Counted from the first letter of the stretch, positions 9,352-18,815 are shown. The stretch is DNA of 64,000 bases from Nitrospiraceae bacterium (GCA_003599275.1 QZJG01000005.1:24583-88582); one strand, 5' to 3'. Made by a program: numbers and translations. Notes: generated by a model from the sequence alone, not told the origin.

Positions 9352-10818
9352 TTATACTTCAACCCTGAACTCTGCTCCGCCGTCTGTATTATTTACTGTC
9401 AGCTCGCCGTCCATATTTTTCTCGATTATCATCTTCGACATGTAAAGCCCTACGCCGGCGCCTTTCTTGTGGTTTTTTGTCGTAAAGTAAGGATCGAATA
9501 TTCTGTCTATAATATCTTTCTGTATCCCTCCGCCGTTGTCTTTAACAGTGACCACTGCCTTACCGTTCTCCCTGAATGCCTTTATTCCAATATACGGGCT
9601 GCCGGTTTTGCTGTCAATTAAAGCTTCTTTTGCATTGTTGAGTATGTTTAAAAGCGCCTGGGTATAATCGTTGCGGTATCCGAAAACCGTTATATCTTCT
9701 TTCAGGTCGAGTTCCACCTTTATACCGTCATTCTCAAAACCTGAATCAATAAAGGACAAAGCCCTCAGAACAATTACATCAAGATTAAATTGCTGTTTCT
9801 CCCCATCAGGCTTAAAAAAACTTCTGAAATCGTCTATGGTGTGTGACATCTTGTAAATTATGTCCATTCCCGTCTTGATGCTGCTGTCAATATATTCCTT
9901 ATTCAGTTCTCCGGAATCATAAGTCTCCTTGATGTCCTGAATTATAAGGCCGACAATGCTTATCGGCTGCCTCCACTGGTCTGCTATTGCACTGACCATT
10001 TCACCCATTGCCGCAAAACGGCTCTGCTGTATCAGCATATGGTCCTTCATCCGGCTCTTCTCGACCTCCTCAACCACCCTCTGGTCAAGAATGGATTTTG
10101 AGACCGTTATATCTTTCAGGTTTTCGACCATCATATTGAAGGCATGCGCCAGTTTACCGATCTCGTCCTTTGTCTCAATGATCACTTTTTTGTTTAAATC
10201 ACCCTGGCCGATTTTCTCGGCTGTCATTGAGAGGTCCACGAGCGGTCTGGTTATGGTCCTGGAAAATATTGCGAACCCGAATATGCCGATCAGCATAATG
10301 GAGAAGGTGACCATGATTATAAGGAAGATAATGCGGGAGATTGTTTTTGAAATTACATCCATGGAGAAGCCGATCCTGAAGAAGCCCACCTGACCTTTCA
10401 GGATCGGCATGGCAATATCGTAGATCCCCTGTTCATCGCCGGTGACAAGCAACTGGATTTTATATGCGTCTTCCGGCAAAACTCTGTTGACCCCGATCAA
10501 GTCCGTGGGGAAATTCTTGCCGAATGTATGCGCTAATATCTTGTGTTTATGATCAGTAATGAAAACGTATTCCACGTCCTTTTCCGTGATCTTTATGCCG
10601 TCAATAGTCGCCTGGAGAGAAACAGCGTCTTCAAGTATGATCATGTCGCCGACTTCCCATACAGCGTGTTTGGCAATGGAGATGGCCCGCTCCCGGAGCT
10701 CGGCTTCGAACTTCTGTTTAACGACAATCTGCACCAGCATGATTATCGCCACGGAAAGGAGGAGCGTCAATACGGTATATCCGATCAGAAATTTTGTCTT
10801 CAGACTTATAAATTTCAT
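9352..10818 (-). CDS. HAMP-domain membrane sensor histidine kinase-like protein (H-box His replaced by Asp)
   Basis: 2 TM, HAMP (DEIGKLAHAFNMM), MGEMVSAIADQWRQP, N box NILNNAKEA, DNGGG, FDPYFTTK, GAGVGLY. Confidence 0.88.
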   Translation of the reverse strand: MKFISLKTKFLIGYTVLTLLLSVAIIMLVQIVVKQKFEAELRERAISIAKHAVWEVGDMIILEDAVSLQATIDGIKITEKDVEYVFITDHKHKILAHTFGKNFPTDLIGVNRVLPEDAYKIQLLVTGDEQGIYDIAMPILKGQVGFFRIGFSMDVISKTISRIIFLIIMVTFSIMLIGIFGFAIFSRTITRPLVDLSMTAEKIGQGDLNKKVIIETKDEIGKLAHAFNMMVENLKDITVSKSILDQRVVEEVEKSRMKDHMLIQQSRFAAMGEMVSAIADQWRQPISIVGLIIQDIKETYDSGELNKEYIDSSIKTGMDIIYKMSHTIDDFRSFFKPDGEKQQFNLDVIVLRALSFIDSGFENDGIKVELDLKEDITVFGYRNDYTQALLNILNNAKEALIDSKTGSPYIGIKAFRENGKAVVTVKDNGGGIQKDIIDRIFDPYFTTKNHKKGAGVGLYMSKMIIEKNMDGELTVNNTDGGAEFRVEV

Positions 10819-10820
10819 TG

Positions 10821-11762
10821 TCAATGCAGTTTCTGATTTTCTCTAACGCTTGTTATCATATTCCGCGCAGACTCGAAATCGGCATCATCTCCCCGGACAA
10901 ACCTGTCGATCATCATGCCCTTTAAAATTTCCCTGCCCTTATTATTGTCGTGCATCCCGATAAGTATTTTTGATATATTCTCCTTCAGCTCCGGTGACAG
11001 ATTCTTCCTTGCAATAATCGGCGGGGATGCAAACGGCCGTGACTTCAGAATGATCTTCGTCTGCGAAGTATATTGGGGGTTTGTTTTATCGAGATAGTCC
11101 CATATGAGCCCGTCCACAGCTGCTCCGTCGACAAAACCCTGGGCAACGGCCGCTATGGATTTATCATGCCTGTTAGTAAAAATGTATTTACTGAAAAAAG
11201 TGTCGGGTGTCTCATTCATTTGTATGAGCAGATAAGTCGGAAATGTCTTCCCCGTATTGGAAAGAGGGTCTGTAAAAGCAAAGCTCCTGCCTTTTAATTC
11301 CGTAAAGTTTTTAATGCCGCTGTCCTTGTGCACAATTATATATGAATGATATGCGGCCCTGCCGTTGATCTGGGGCATTGCTATCAATTCCGCCCCTGCT
11401 TCATCATGGACCGACACATAGGCACCGGTGCAGACAAAGGCTATATCCACATTGCCGGTCTTTATCAGGTCGTTTGTCTCCGAATATGTCCTCCGGTCAA
11501 TTAATTTGATGTGCATATCCAGTTTGTCTTCCATGTAATTAAATATGCCTTTATAATATGCAAAGCCCTCCTCGGGAGTAATCATGGCGCCGATGGCCAC
11601 GCGCAACACTTTGTCCGAATGGTTTTCTTTTTCGTTAATGGGAGACCTTTTTTCGATATTGACCTTCTTGGGATTTTCGTTCCCGGTGCATCCGGTCATA
11701 AAAAAGGGCAGCAAAAAAATCAGCGCCAAACAAAAAAGATATTTTAACTTTTCAGCAAACAT
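10821..11762 (-). CDS. PhnD/AioX-like periplasmic oxyanion-binding lipoprotein
   Basis: Lipobox FMTGC; DIAFVC, YHSYIIVHKDSGI, FAFTDPLSNTG, HDKSIAAV..G.VDGAAVDG. Confidence 0.85.
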   Translation of the reverse strand: MFAEKLKYLFCLALIFLLPFFMTGCTGNENPKKVNIEKRSPINEKENHSDKVLRVAIGAMITPEEGFAYYKGIFNYMEDKLDMHIKLIDRRTYSETNDLIKTGNVDIAFVCTGAYVSVHDEAGAELIAMPQINGRAAYHSYIIVHKDSGIKNFTELKGRSFAFTDPLSNTGKTFPTYLLIQMNETPDTFFSKYIFTNRHDKSIAAVAQGFVDGAAVDGLIWDYLDKTNPQYTSQTKIILKSRPFASPPIIARKNLSPELKENISKILIGMHDNNKGREILKGMMIDRFVRGDDADFESARNMITSVRENQKLH

Positions 11763-11921
11763 ATTACCTCCTCATAATCAAGATGGGTCTTCCTGAGACT
11801 TATTATATATGATGCAGGCATGTCATATAAATAAAGGTTGCTTCATGAAAAGAGGGCATTATTGACAGAATTGATCGCTATCCATTTAATGGCAGGCTCG
11901 GAGCGATATTGTTTCCAGTAG

Positions 11922-13499
11922 TTATGAGCGGTCCTTCGCCGTCCACAGGATTATTTCATTGACCATCGCTTCAATGGTCGCTTCTTCCGGCATGATGCTG
12001 ACTTTCAGCCCTGCCTTTTCGACAGCCTTTGCAGTGACGGGACCGATTGCTGCTATTGCGACGTCTTTCAAAAGACCGTCCGCGTCCTCTCCGGCTATCT
12101 CCATGAAGTTGTTAAAAGTGGCCGCGCTTGTGAATGTCGCCATGGTGATTTTCCCTTCTTTTAAAAACCGCTTCATTCTCTTGCCGTGGATCTCGGGTTT
12201 CACTGCCCTGTACGCTGTGACAACATCGATCTCCCCACCGAGTTCTTTTATCTTCTCAGGCAGTATCTCTCGTGCCGTCTCAGCCCTCGGAAGAAGGAAC
12301 CTTACGCCCTGCAGTGCGGAAGTCTCATCGTTTTTTTCTGTTGCGCTTTTGCTCTGCTGCTCTGCTGCTCTGCTGCTCTGTTGCACTATTGCACTGATAA
12401 GCCCCTCAGCGTTAAACTCCTCCGGCACCAGGTCGACCTTTATCCCGTAACTGTTAATTGCAGCCGCGGTCTTTGTGCCGACTGCGCAAATTTTTATTCC
12501 TTTCAAGTCCCTGATGTCAGTCCCTCTTTCAAACAATCTCCGGAAAAAAAACTTTACTCCGTTAGCGCTTGTCAGCACAAGCCAGTTGTATGAATCAATC
12601 GTGTCAATGGCTTTATCCATTTCAGTCCAGTCATCGGGAGGGACGATCCTGATTGTGTGGAATTCGATTATTTCAGCGCCTAATTCTTCCAATTGTTCAA
12701 AACTTGCGGTATGTTCTCTCGTAATAAGAATGCGCTGGCCGAAGAGGGGTTTCTTTTCATACCATTTCAATGAGTCCCTCAACTTCACCACATCGCCGAC
12801 CACCATTACCGCAGGCGGTCTGATATCATTTTCTTTTACCAATGAAGGGATGGTCCCAAGATTGCCTATTAGTGTTGTCTGGTCGGCCCTTGTCCCCCAG
12901 CGTATCACGGCAACCGGGGTTTCAGGGCTTCTGCCGTTATCAATAAGTTTCCGGATGACGTGAGAGATGTTTTTCACTGCCATGAGAAATACAATCGTCC
13001 CCACGCCTGTTGCAAGCTTCGCCCAGTCGATTGAGCTTTCCTTTTTGGTTTCATCTTCATAGCCCGGAACTATCGCAAGGGATGAAGAATACAATCTGTG
13101 GGTAAGAGGGATCCCCGCGTAGGCAGGCGCGGCAATCGCCGAGCTGACACCAGGGACAATTTCAAATTCAATGCCTTCCTTCGCCAGTGTCTCTGCCTCT
13201 TCCCCCCCCCTGCCGAATACAAAAGGGTCCCCACCTTTCAGACGGCAGATTATTTTCCCTTCCTTTGCTTTTTCAACAAGGGTCCTGTTTATCTCATCCT
13301 GCGTCATCGTGTGATGACCGCCGCGCTTGCCCGCGTAGATAAATTCAGCGTCGTGGCTGATGTAATTAAGGATCTGCGCATTCAGATGGAAGTCATAAAC
13401 CACGACCTCCGCCTTTTGAAGGCACTTCAGCCCTTTTATTGTCAGAAGACTTATGTCCCCCGGTCCCGCGCCGACTATGTAGACTTTGCCTGGTTTCAT
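11922..13499 (-). CDS. cobA: fused uroporphyrinogen-III C-methyltransferase / uroporphyrinogen-III synthase (CobA/HemD)
   Basis: VGAGPGD, RLKGGDPFVFGRGGEE, GIPLTHR, followed by a HemD domain (LTSANGV, TFTSAAT, AIGPVTA). Confidence 0.94.
   Translation of the reverse strand: MKPGKVYIVGAGPGDISLLTIKGLKCLQKAEVVVYDFHLNAQILNYISHDAEFIYAGKRGGHHTMTQDEINRTLVEKAKEGKIICRLKGGDPFVFGRGGEEAETLAKEGIEFEIVPGVSSAIAAPAYAGIPLTHRLYSSSLAIVPGYEDETKKESSIDWAKLATGVGTIVFLMAVKNISHVIRKLIDNGRSPETPVAVIRWGTRADQTTLIGNLGTIPSLVKENDIRPPAVMVVGDVVKLRDSLKWYEKKPLFGQRILITREHTASFEQLEELGAEIIEFHTIRIVPPDDWTEMDKAIDTIDSYNWLVLTSANGVKFFFRRLFERGTDIRDLKGIKICAVGTKTAAAINSYGIKVDLVPEEFNAEGLISAIVQQSSRAAEQQSKSATEKNDETSALQGVRFLLPRAETAREILPEKIKELGGEIDVVTAYRAVKPEIHGKRMKRFLKEGKITMATFTSAATFNNFMEIAGEDADGLLKDVAIAAIGPVTAKAVEKAGLKVSIMPEEATIEAMVNEIILWTAKDRS
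12351..12382. repeat. octamer tandem repeat (GCTCTGCT x3 plus one variant) inside the hemD domain
   Basis: Read directly; encodes part of the low-complexity insert QQSSRAAEQQSKS. Confidence 0.85.
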
Positions 13500-13507
13500 T
13501 GGTTTTT

Positions 13508-13540
13508 GATTGCTTTGTCGCTAACGCTCCCCGCAATGAC
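13508..13540. repeat. half REP-like element (GATTGC...CGCAATGAC)
   Basis: Matches the right arm of the GTCATTGCGA...GCAATGAC elements elsewhere in the window. Confidence 0.6.
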
Positions 13541-13625
13541 ACTCGCAATTACGCAGTGAAAAATTCCCCTTGCAAGTGCCATTGATGATACCATAATCTA
13601 AAATATTGGGTTTAAAACGAAGAAG

Positions 13626-13652
13626 AAAAAATCCCCCTGTGGAAAAGGGGGA
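13626..13652 (-). terminator. intrinsic terminator after the HU/IHF gene
   Basis: 7-bp stem TCCCCCT/AGGGGGA followed by T6 on the minus strand. Confidence 0.7.
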
Positions 13653-13689
13653 CATGGTCTTATATCCTTCATCAGGAAGACGGTCCTCA

Positions 13690-13971
13690 CTAAACCTTGT
13701 TCACCATCTCCCGGAGCTCTTTGCCTACTTTAAAGAAAGGCACCTTCTTGGGCGGCACAGAGACGGAGTCGCCTGTCTTGGGATTCCTCGCTTTTCTCGC
13801 GTTTCTGGCGCGAAGTCTGAAATTTCCGAAACCCCTTATTTCAACCTTCCCGCCTTTTACAAGAGACTCCTTGATGCTTTCAAAGATGGTTTCCATAACA
13901 ACTTCTACCTGCTTTTTTGAGAGACCTTCGACTTTCTCCGCGATTTTTTCGATAAGGACCGATTTTGTCAT
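13690..13971 (-). CDS. HU/IHF-family DNA-binding protein (IHF beta-like position after rpsA/sppA)
   Basis: MTKSVLI...VEIRGFGNF...ARNPKTG..V.VP.KKVPFFKVGKELRE. Confidence 0.95.
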   Translation of the reverse strand: MTKSVLIEKIAEKVEGLSKKQVEVVMETIFESIKESLVKGGKVEIRGFGNFRLRARNARKARNPKTGDSVSVPPKKVPFFKVGKELREMVNKV

Positions 13972-14010
13972 GATTGCCTCCTGTTTAAAAATATCAACTT
14001 TTATTTAGCG

Positions 14011-14073
14011 GTCATTTCCGGGAAAGCGGGAACCAGGGAAAAAGACCGGATTCCGTGTGCGACCCGGAATGAC
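14011..14073. repeat. REP-like palindromic element (GTCATT...AATGAC)
   Basis: Terminal GTCATT/AATGAC with two internal imperfect hairpins; intergenic. Confidence 0.7.
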
Positions 14074-14081
14074 AACGACCA

Positions 14082-14930
14082 TTACGGTGTCATCAGATAC
14101 TTTAAACTAATGCCCTGGAAAACGTTGCCGATCAATCTTTGGGGAAGCTCGCTTTTCAGCATATCGACAAAACTGAATTTCTCCTTTTTCTCAACGACCT
14201 GCGGTTCCCCCTTGATTCCTGTCAGCTCGCCTGCAAGCAGGATGGCATCCTGAAGATTTCCCAGCTCATCGACAAGCCCCAATTCCTTTGCCATTCTCCC
14301 GGTAAAGATACGTCCGTCAGCAAGTTTCCTGATCTCTTCCAATTTCTTGCCCCTGCCCTCGGAGACCGCACTGATAAACTGGTCGTGCACGTCGTCGAGT
14401 ACTGTCTGAAGGATTTGTTTTTCTTCAGGGGTCAAAGATTTAAAGACTGATGCGATGTCTTTGTGCGCCCCGCTCTTTACTACCTGTGTCTCTACTCCGA
14501 TTTTCTTCATCAGCCCGGACACATTGGGGATCTCCATAATGACGCCGATCGACCCTGTAAGTGTTCCGGCGTTTGCCACTATCCTGTCAGCAGGGGCAGA
14601 GATATAATAACCTCCCGATGCCGCCACCGTGCCCATAGAAACGACAACCTTTTTCTTCTCCTTTATCTTTACAATCTCTTCGTATATCTCCTGGGAAGGG
14701 GCCACTGCGCCGCCGGGACTGTCGACCCTGAGGATAACGGCCTTTATGGAATTGTCTTTCGAGTATTCCTTCAGCTCGTCGACGATTTCAGTCGAATCAA
14801 GAATTACACCGCTTACCCTTATAAGAGCCACCTTGTCCCCCAGGGAAACCTTATGCGTAAATGTCAGCATAAGGCTCAGTACTACTACGAGGACAAAAAC
14901 AACAATGAAAAAAATCAGGACCCTCTTCAA
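14082..14930 (-). CDS. sppA: signal peptide peptidase SppA (36K type)
   Basis: RVDSPGG, AASGGYYI, TGSIGV, KSGAHKD, DGRIFTG...GLVDELG. Confidence 0.95.
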   Translation of the reverse strand: MKRVLIFFIVVFVLVVVLSLMLTFTHKVSLGDKVALIRVSGVILDSTEIVDELKEYSKDNSIKAVILRVDSPGGAVAPSQEIYEEIVKIKEKKKVVVSMGTVAASGGYYISAPADRIVANAGTLTGSIGVIMEIPNVSGLMKKIGVETQVVKSGAHKDIASVFKSLTPEEKQILQTVLDDVHDQFISAVSEGRGKKLEEIRKLADGRIFTGRMAKELGLVDELGNLQDAILLAGELTGIKGEPQVVEKKEKFSFVDMLKSELPQRLIGNVFQGISLKYLMTP

Positions 14931-14935
14931 TGCCC

Positions 14936-16513
14936 CTATCCTATTATTGCTTTCATGCTGAGGTCTATCTTGTGTTCGGCAGGATTGACGTTAATCACCC
15001 TTACCGACAGTTCAGTCCCTGTCCTGAAGATATCTTCCATCTTTTCATCGGGTCTTTTTTCGATCTCGGATTTATGCATCAAACCCTCAACGCCGTCTTC
15101 AAGTTCAATAAACATTCCAAATTCGGCAATGCTTACGACCTTCCCCTTTACGGTATCGCCCAATTTATATTTGTCCGGAATTTCATTAAGCCAGGGGTCC
15201 GGCGTCAACTCCTTAAGCCCCACCGAAATACGTTCTTTTTCCAGCTCGATGTTCAACACCACAACATCAATCTGCTGTCCTTTTCTGAGTACGTCCGATG
15301 GATGTTTTATGCGTTTTACCCATGATATGTCGGATATGTGGAGCAGTGCATCGACCCCCTCATCAAGGGCGATAAAGGCCCCAAAGTCAGCGAAGCTTTT
15401 CACCTTACCGGAGATCTTCTGCCCGGCAGTGTATTTGTCCCTGACAATTTCCCATGGGTTGGGTTTGAGCTGCTTTATGCTGAGAGATATCTTCTTTTCT
15501 TCCCTGCTTACTCTTAATATGACCGCTTCGACCTTGTCCCCGACGGAAAAAAACTTGGAAGGTTTTATGGATTTCTCCACCCAGTCGATTTCAGATACAT
15601 GTATAAGTCCTTCCACCCCTTCTTCAAGTTCCACGAACAACCCGTAATCCGCAGTCGTGATGACCTTGCCGAGGATCTTTTGTCCCTGAGGATATTTTTC
15701 GTCCACCAGGTTCCATGGGTCCGATTTTTTCTGTTTATACCCGAGTGTCACTTTTTCGGTCTCGGGGTTAAATGAAAGGACCACCACATCGACCGTATCG
15801 CCGACGGTGAATAATTCACCGGGATGACTTATCCTCCCCCATGACATATCAGATATATGCAACAGCCCATCGATGCCGCCGAGATCTATGAATGCCCCGT
15901 AATCCGTAAGGTTTTTGACCATGCCCTTTATTACGGCCCCTTCTTTTAACAGGTTCAGGGTCTGTCCCTTGAGTATGTTCCTCTCTTCTTCAAGCAGTGC
16001 GCGCCTGGAGACGATTACATTGGCCCCCTTGTGATTGAGATTAAGCACCTTAAAGGCACAGCTCTGACCAATGAGGCAGTCGGTATTTTTTGTGGCCTTT
16101 ATATCTATCTGTGAACCGGGAAGGAATGCGTTTACTCCGCAAATGCTTACAGTCATTCCGCCTTTTACCTTTCCGGTGATCTTGCCATCTACTGGAAGGC
16201 CTTTATTAAAGGCGTTCTCGAGCATGTCCCACGCCCTTATCCCTTCCGCCTTCAGCCTCGATAGTTTTACAAAGCCGTCCGAATCATGGAGATTTTCAAC
16301 AAAAACGTCGATATCATCTCCAGGCTTCAGAAAACTGATATCATCTTCGAGCAACTCGCTCTGAGGTATAAAGCCTTCACATTTGGTGCCTACATCGACA
16401 ATAACGCCGTCCGGCTTGACCTTCAGGACATTACCCTTGACGATTGCCCTTTCCTTCAACCCCCTGAAGGTGTTGGCATAAAGTTTTTCCAAGTCATTTA
16501 ATTGCGGTTCCAT
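14936..16513 (-). CDS. rpsA: 30S ribosomal protein S1
   Basis: Six S1 repeats (AFLPGSQ, YGAFIDLGGIDGLLHISDMSW, GVEGLIHVSE). Confidence 0.96.
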   Translation of the reverse strand: MEPQLNDLEKLYANTFRGLKERAIVKGNVLKVKPDGVIVDVGTKCEGFIPQSELLEDDISFLKPGDDIDVFVENLHDSDGFVKLSRLKAEGIRAWDMLENAFNKGLPVDGKITGKVKGGMTVSICGVNAFLPGSQIDIKATKNTDCLIGQSCAFKVLNLNHKGANVIVSRRALLEEERNILKGQTLNLLKEGAVIKGMVKNLTDYGAFIDLGGIDGLLHISDMSWGRISHPGELFTVGDTVDVVVLSFNPETEKVTLGYKQKKSDPWNLVDEKYPQGQKILGKVITTADYGLFVELEEGVEGLIHVSEIDWVEKSIKPSKFFSVGDKVEAVILRVSREEKKISLSIKQLKPNPWEIVRDKYTAGQKISGKVKSFADFGAFIALDEGVDALLHISDISWVKRIKHPSDVLRKGQQIDVVVLNIELEKERISVGLKELTPDPWLNEIPDKYKLGDTVKGKVVSIAEFGMFIELEDGVEGLMHKSEIEKRPDEKMEDIFRTGTELSVRVINVNPAEHKIDLSMKAIIG

Positions 16514-16526
16514 GGTGTATATTATA

Positions 16527-17366
16527 TTACCTCCTGACAGAAATTTCCCTGATTTTCTTTACAACTCCGTCTATTATGCTCTGAGGCGTCGATGCGCCCC
16601 CTGATATTCCCACCGTCTCAATTCCATTAAACCAGTCCTCTACTATCTCCTGGCCGGTTTCAATATGGTATACTTTATCACAAACTTCCCCTGAAAGCTT
16701 GACAAGCTGATTTGTATTTGCACTGTTTTTGCCCCCGACGATAATCAGAAGGCCTACCTTTTTTGCGAGCTCTTTGGTCTCCCGGACCCTCTGGATAGTG
16801 GAATCACATATCGTATTATAAATTTTCACTTCCCGCGCCTTTCCTATTACATAGGAAATGATACCCTTGAAGGTTACAAACGACTGGGTCGTCTGGACGA
16901 TTATCCCGACCCTCTTTTTCAGTACGGGCATGTTTTCCACATCATTTGCCACTACTACATCCTCCCCCGCAAAGCCGATCAAACCGTGCACTTCGGGGTG
17001 CTCTTTGTCTCCGATTATGAGCACCTGATAACCCTCATCTTTCAGTATCTTGGTATAGTCCTGGGCTTTTTTGACAAAAGGGCAGGTCGCGTCAATGACG
17101 TTATATCCCATCTTCGACGTCTCGGTATAAACTTCAGGCGATACTCCGTGCGTTCGTATAATCAGGGTCTCAATGTCGGGAGCATACAGGTTGTCGGTCG
17201 TATTGACTCCCACGCCTTTCAGCTCTTCCACCACCTGAGGGTTATGAATCAACGGGCCATATGTAAAAACTCCCCGCTTTGATTTTTTTGCAAAATCAAA
17301 AGTAATGTCAATCGCGCGTTTGACGCCGAAACAAAATCCGGCTTTTTTAGCGATAATTATCTGCAT
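16527..17366 (-). CDS. ispH: 4-hydroxy-3-methylbut-2-enyl diphosphate reductase
   Basis: GFCFGVKRA, LIHN, DATCPFV, HPEV, QTTQ, TICDST, GGKNSANT. Confidence 0.97.
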   Translation of the reverse strand: MQIIIAKKAGFCFGVKRAIDITFDFAKKSKRGVFTYGPLIHNPQVVEELKGVGVNTTDNLYAPDIETLIIRTHGVSPEVYTETSKMGYNVIDATCPFVKKAQDYTKILKDEGYQVLIIGDKEHPEVHGLIGFAGEDVVVANDVENMPVLKKRVGIIVQTTQSFVTFKGIISYVIGKAREVKIYNTICDSTIQRVRETKELAKKVGLLIIVGGKNSANTNQLVKLSGEVCDKVYHIETGQEIVEDWFNGIETVGISGGASTPQSIIDGVVKKIREISVRR

Positions 17367-17979
17367 ACTGTTCTCTCATCTCCTTGATGGCAGCCATGAT
17401 CCTTTCGCTTGTTTCTTCGTGAAGGACATGGCCTTCTTCCTTTACAGAGGGAGTATAATATATCGGCCTGCCAAATACTACCGATATCCTTCCCCTTCTC
17501 AGCCACTTAGCGTCAACAGGCAACACCTTGTCGGAACCGACGATCAATGCCGGTATGACAGGGACCTTGCTCAGGCCGACTATCATCCCCACGCCGCGCT
17601 TGGCCTTAAGCATCTCCCCGGTTTCACTCCTCCTGCCTTCAGGGAAGATAACTATAAGCTCGCCGCCCTTTAGTCTGGCAACCGTCTCTTTTATTGTTGA
17701 GGGTTGGGTCCTTTCCCTGTTTACCGGAATTGCGGCATACTTTATCGCCTGGCCCAGGACCGGTATACTGAAAAGACCTTTCCTCGCCATAAAAGTGGCC
17801 TTTCTCGAAATCACTGCGCCTAACAAAGGGGGATCAAGGTAACTTATATGATTTGCAGCTACAATCGCCCCTCCCTCAACCGGGACATTCTCCATCCCTC
17901 TGACCTCCACCCCTCCATTGATGCGCAGGATGGACCGTATAAGGATCTGAGTAAATTTATATAAGAGTTTTATCAACAC
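17347..17979 (-). CDS. plsC: 1-acyl-sn-glycerol-3-phosphate acyltransferase
   Basis: NHISYLD and FPEGRRS acyltransferase motifs; lies between cmk and ispH. Confidence 0.9.
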   Translation of the reverse strand: MLIKLLYKFTQILIRSILRINGGVEVRGMENVPVEGGAIVAANHISYLDPPLLGAVISRKATFMARKGLFSIPVLGQAIKYAAIPVNRERTQPSTIKETVARLKGGELIVIFPEGRRSETGEMLKAKRGVGMIVGLSKVPVIPALIVGSDKVLPVDAKWLRRGRISVVFGRPIYYTPSVKEEGHVLHEETSERIMAAIKEMREQYADNYR

Positions 17980-17998
17980 ACCGGCTCCTTACATTAGA

Positions 17999-18652
17999 TC
18001 AAAAACTACTCCTGACCCTCTCAAATATCTTCTCAACTACTTCATCAATGCTCAACCCGGTTGAATCAATATAAATCATATCACCTGTTTTTGTGAGCGG
18101 TGAGTTTTGTCTCGTTGAGTCTCTCTCATCCCTCTTTTTGATATCTTCGAGTGTCTTCTCGAGGGTAATGCCCGGATCTTTCAATTTTAATTCCTCATAT
18201 CTTCTTCTTGCCCGTTCGCCGACCCCGGCATCGAGATAGAACTTGTTTTTTGCCTCCGGAAAGATAGTGGTCCCCGTATCTCTCCCCTCTATCACCACCC
18301 TGCCCTGAAGACAGATGTCTCTTTGCAGGGAAAAAAGACCCGCCCGTACGATGGGAATGGCAGAGACCCGGGAGCTTAATTCTCCGATCTCAGCCGTCCT
18401 TATTTCCGAAGTGACATCAACACCGTCTACGGCAATCCTGCCGTCAGTCAGGGTAATTTGTATGTTTCCCACGAGATGTTTGAGGGCCGTCTCGTCGTCA
18501 AGACTTACCTCCTCTTCCCTTGCCTTCCACGCAACCGCCCTGTAAAGCGCACCCGTGTCAAGATACTCATATCCCAGCTTTTCGGCAAGGATTCTTGCAG
18601 CCGTGCCCTTTCCGGAGCCGGAAGGACCATCTATGGTAATTACGTCTTTCAT
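17999..18652 (-). CDS. cmk: cytidylate kinase
   Basis: ITIDGPSGSGKGT, LDTGALYR, EGRDTGT, RDERDSTR. Confidence 0.97.
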   Translation of the reverse strand: MKDVITIDGPSGSGKGTAARILAEKLGYEYLDTGALYRAVAWKAREEEVSLDDETALKHLVGNIQITLTDGRIAVDGVDVTSEIRTAEIGELSSRVSAIPIVRAGLFSLQRDICLQGRVVIEGRDTGTTIFPEAKNKFYLDAGVGERARRRYEELKLKDPGITLEKTLEDIKKRDERDSTRQNSPLTKTGDMIYIDSTGLSIDEVVEKIFERVRSSF

Positions 18653-18665
18653 TATAAGTGTAAAT

Positions 18666-18734
18666 GCCGGTTTGCGTCCGTTAATGTCCCTGGTACAATC
18701 CGGCTGGTCCCCTGCAAGGGTAGCTTAAGACGGA
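18666..18734. ncRNA. candidate pseudoknotted structured RNA upstream of cmk (unassigned)
   Basis: Interleaved pairings GCCGG(18666-70)/CCGGC(18700-04) and TCCGTT(18677-82)/GACGGA(18729-34), plus short hairpins; no Rfam family recognised. Confidence 0.3.
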
Positions 18735-18815
18735 GAATATAATAACAAAATCCGGAATTCTAATCCATGAGTCCCCGAAAAATAGAGATAGAATTATAAC
18801 ACCGTTGATTTATCT

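Noticed and set aside
18666-18734. Confident call of an HDV-like ribozyme or known riboswitch
   Set aside because: L3 reads CCCTGGT rather than TCCnCGY, P1 has a mismatch, and there are extra bases between P2 and P3 and in J4/2; kept only as an unassigned candidate
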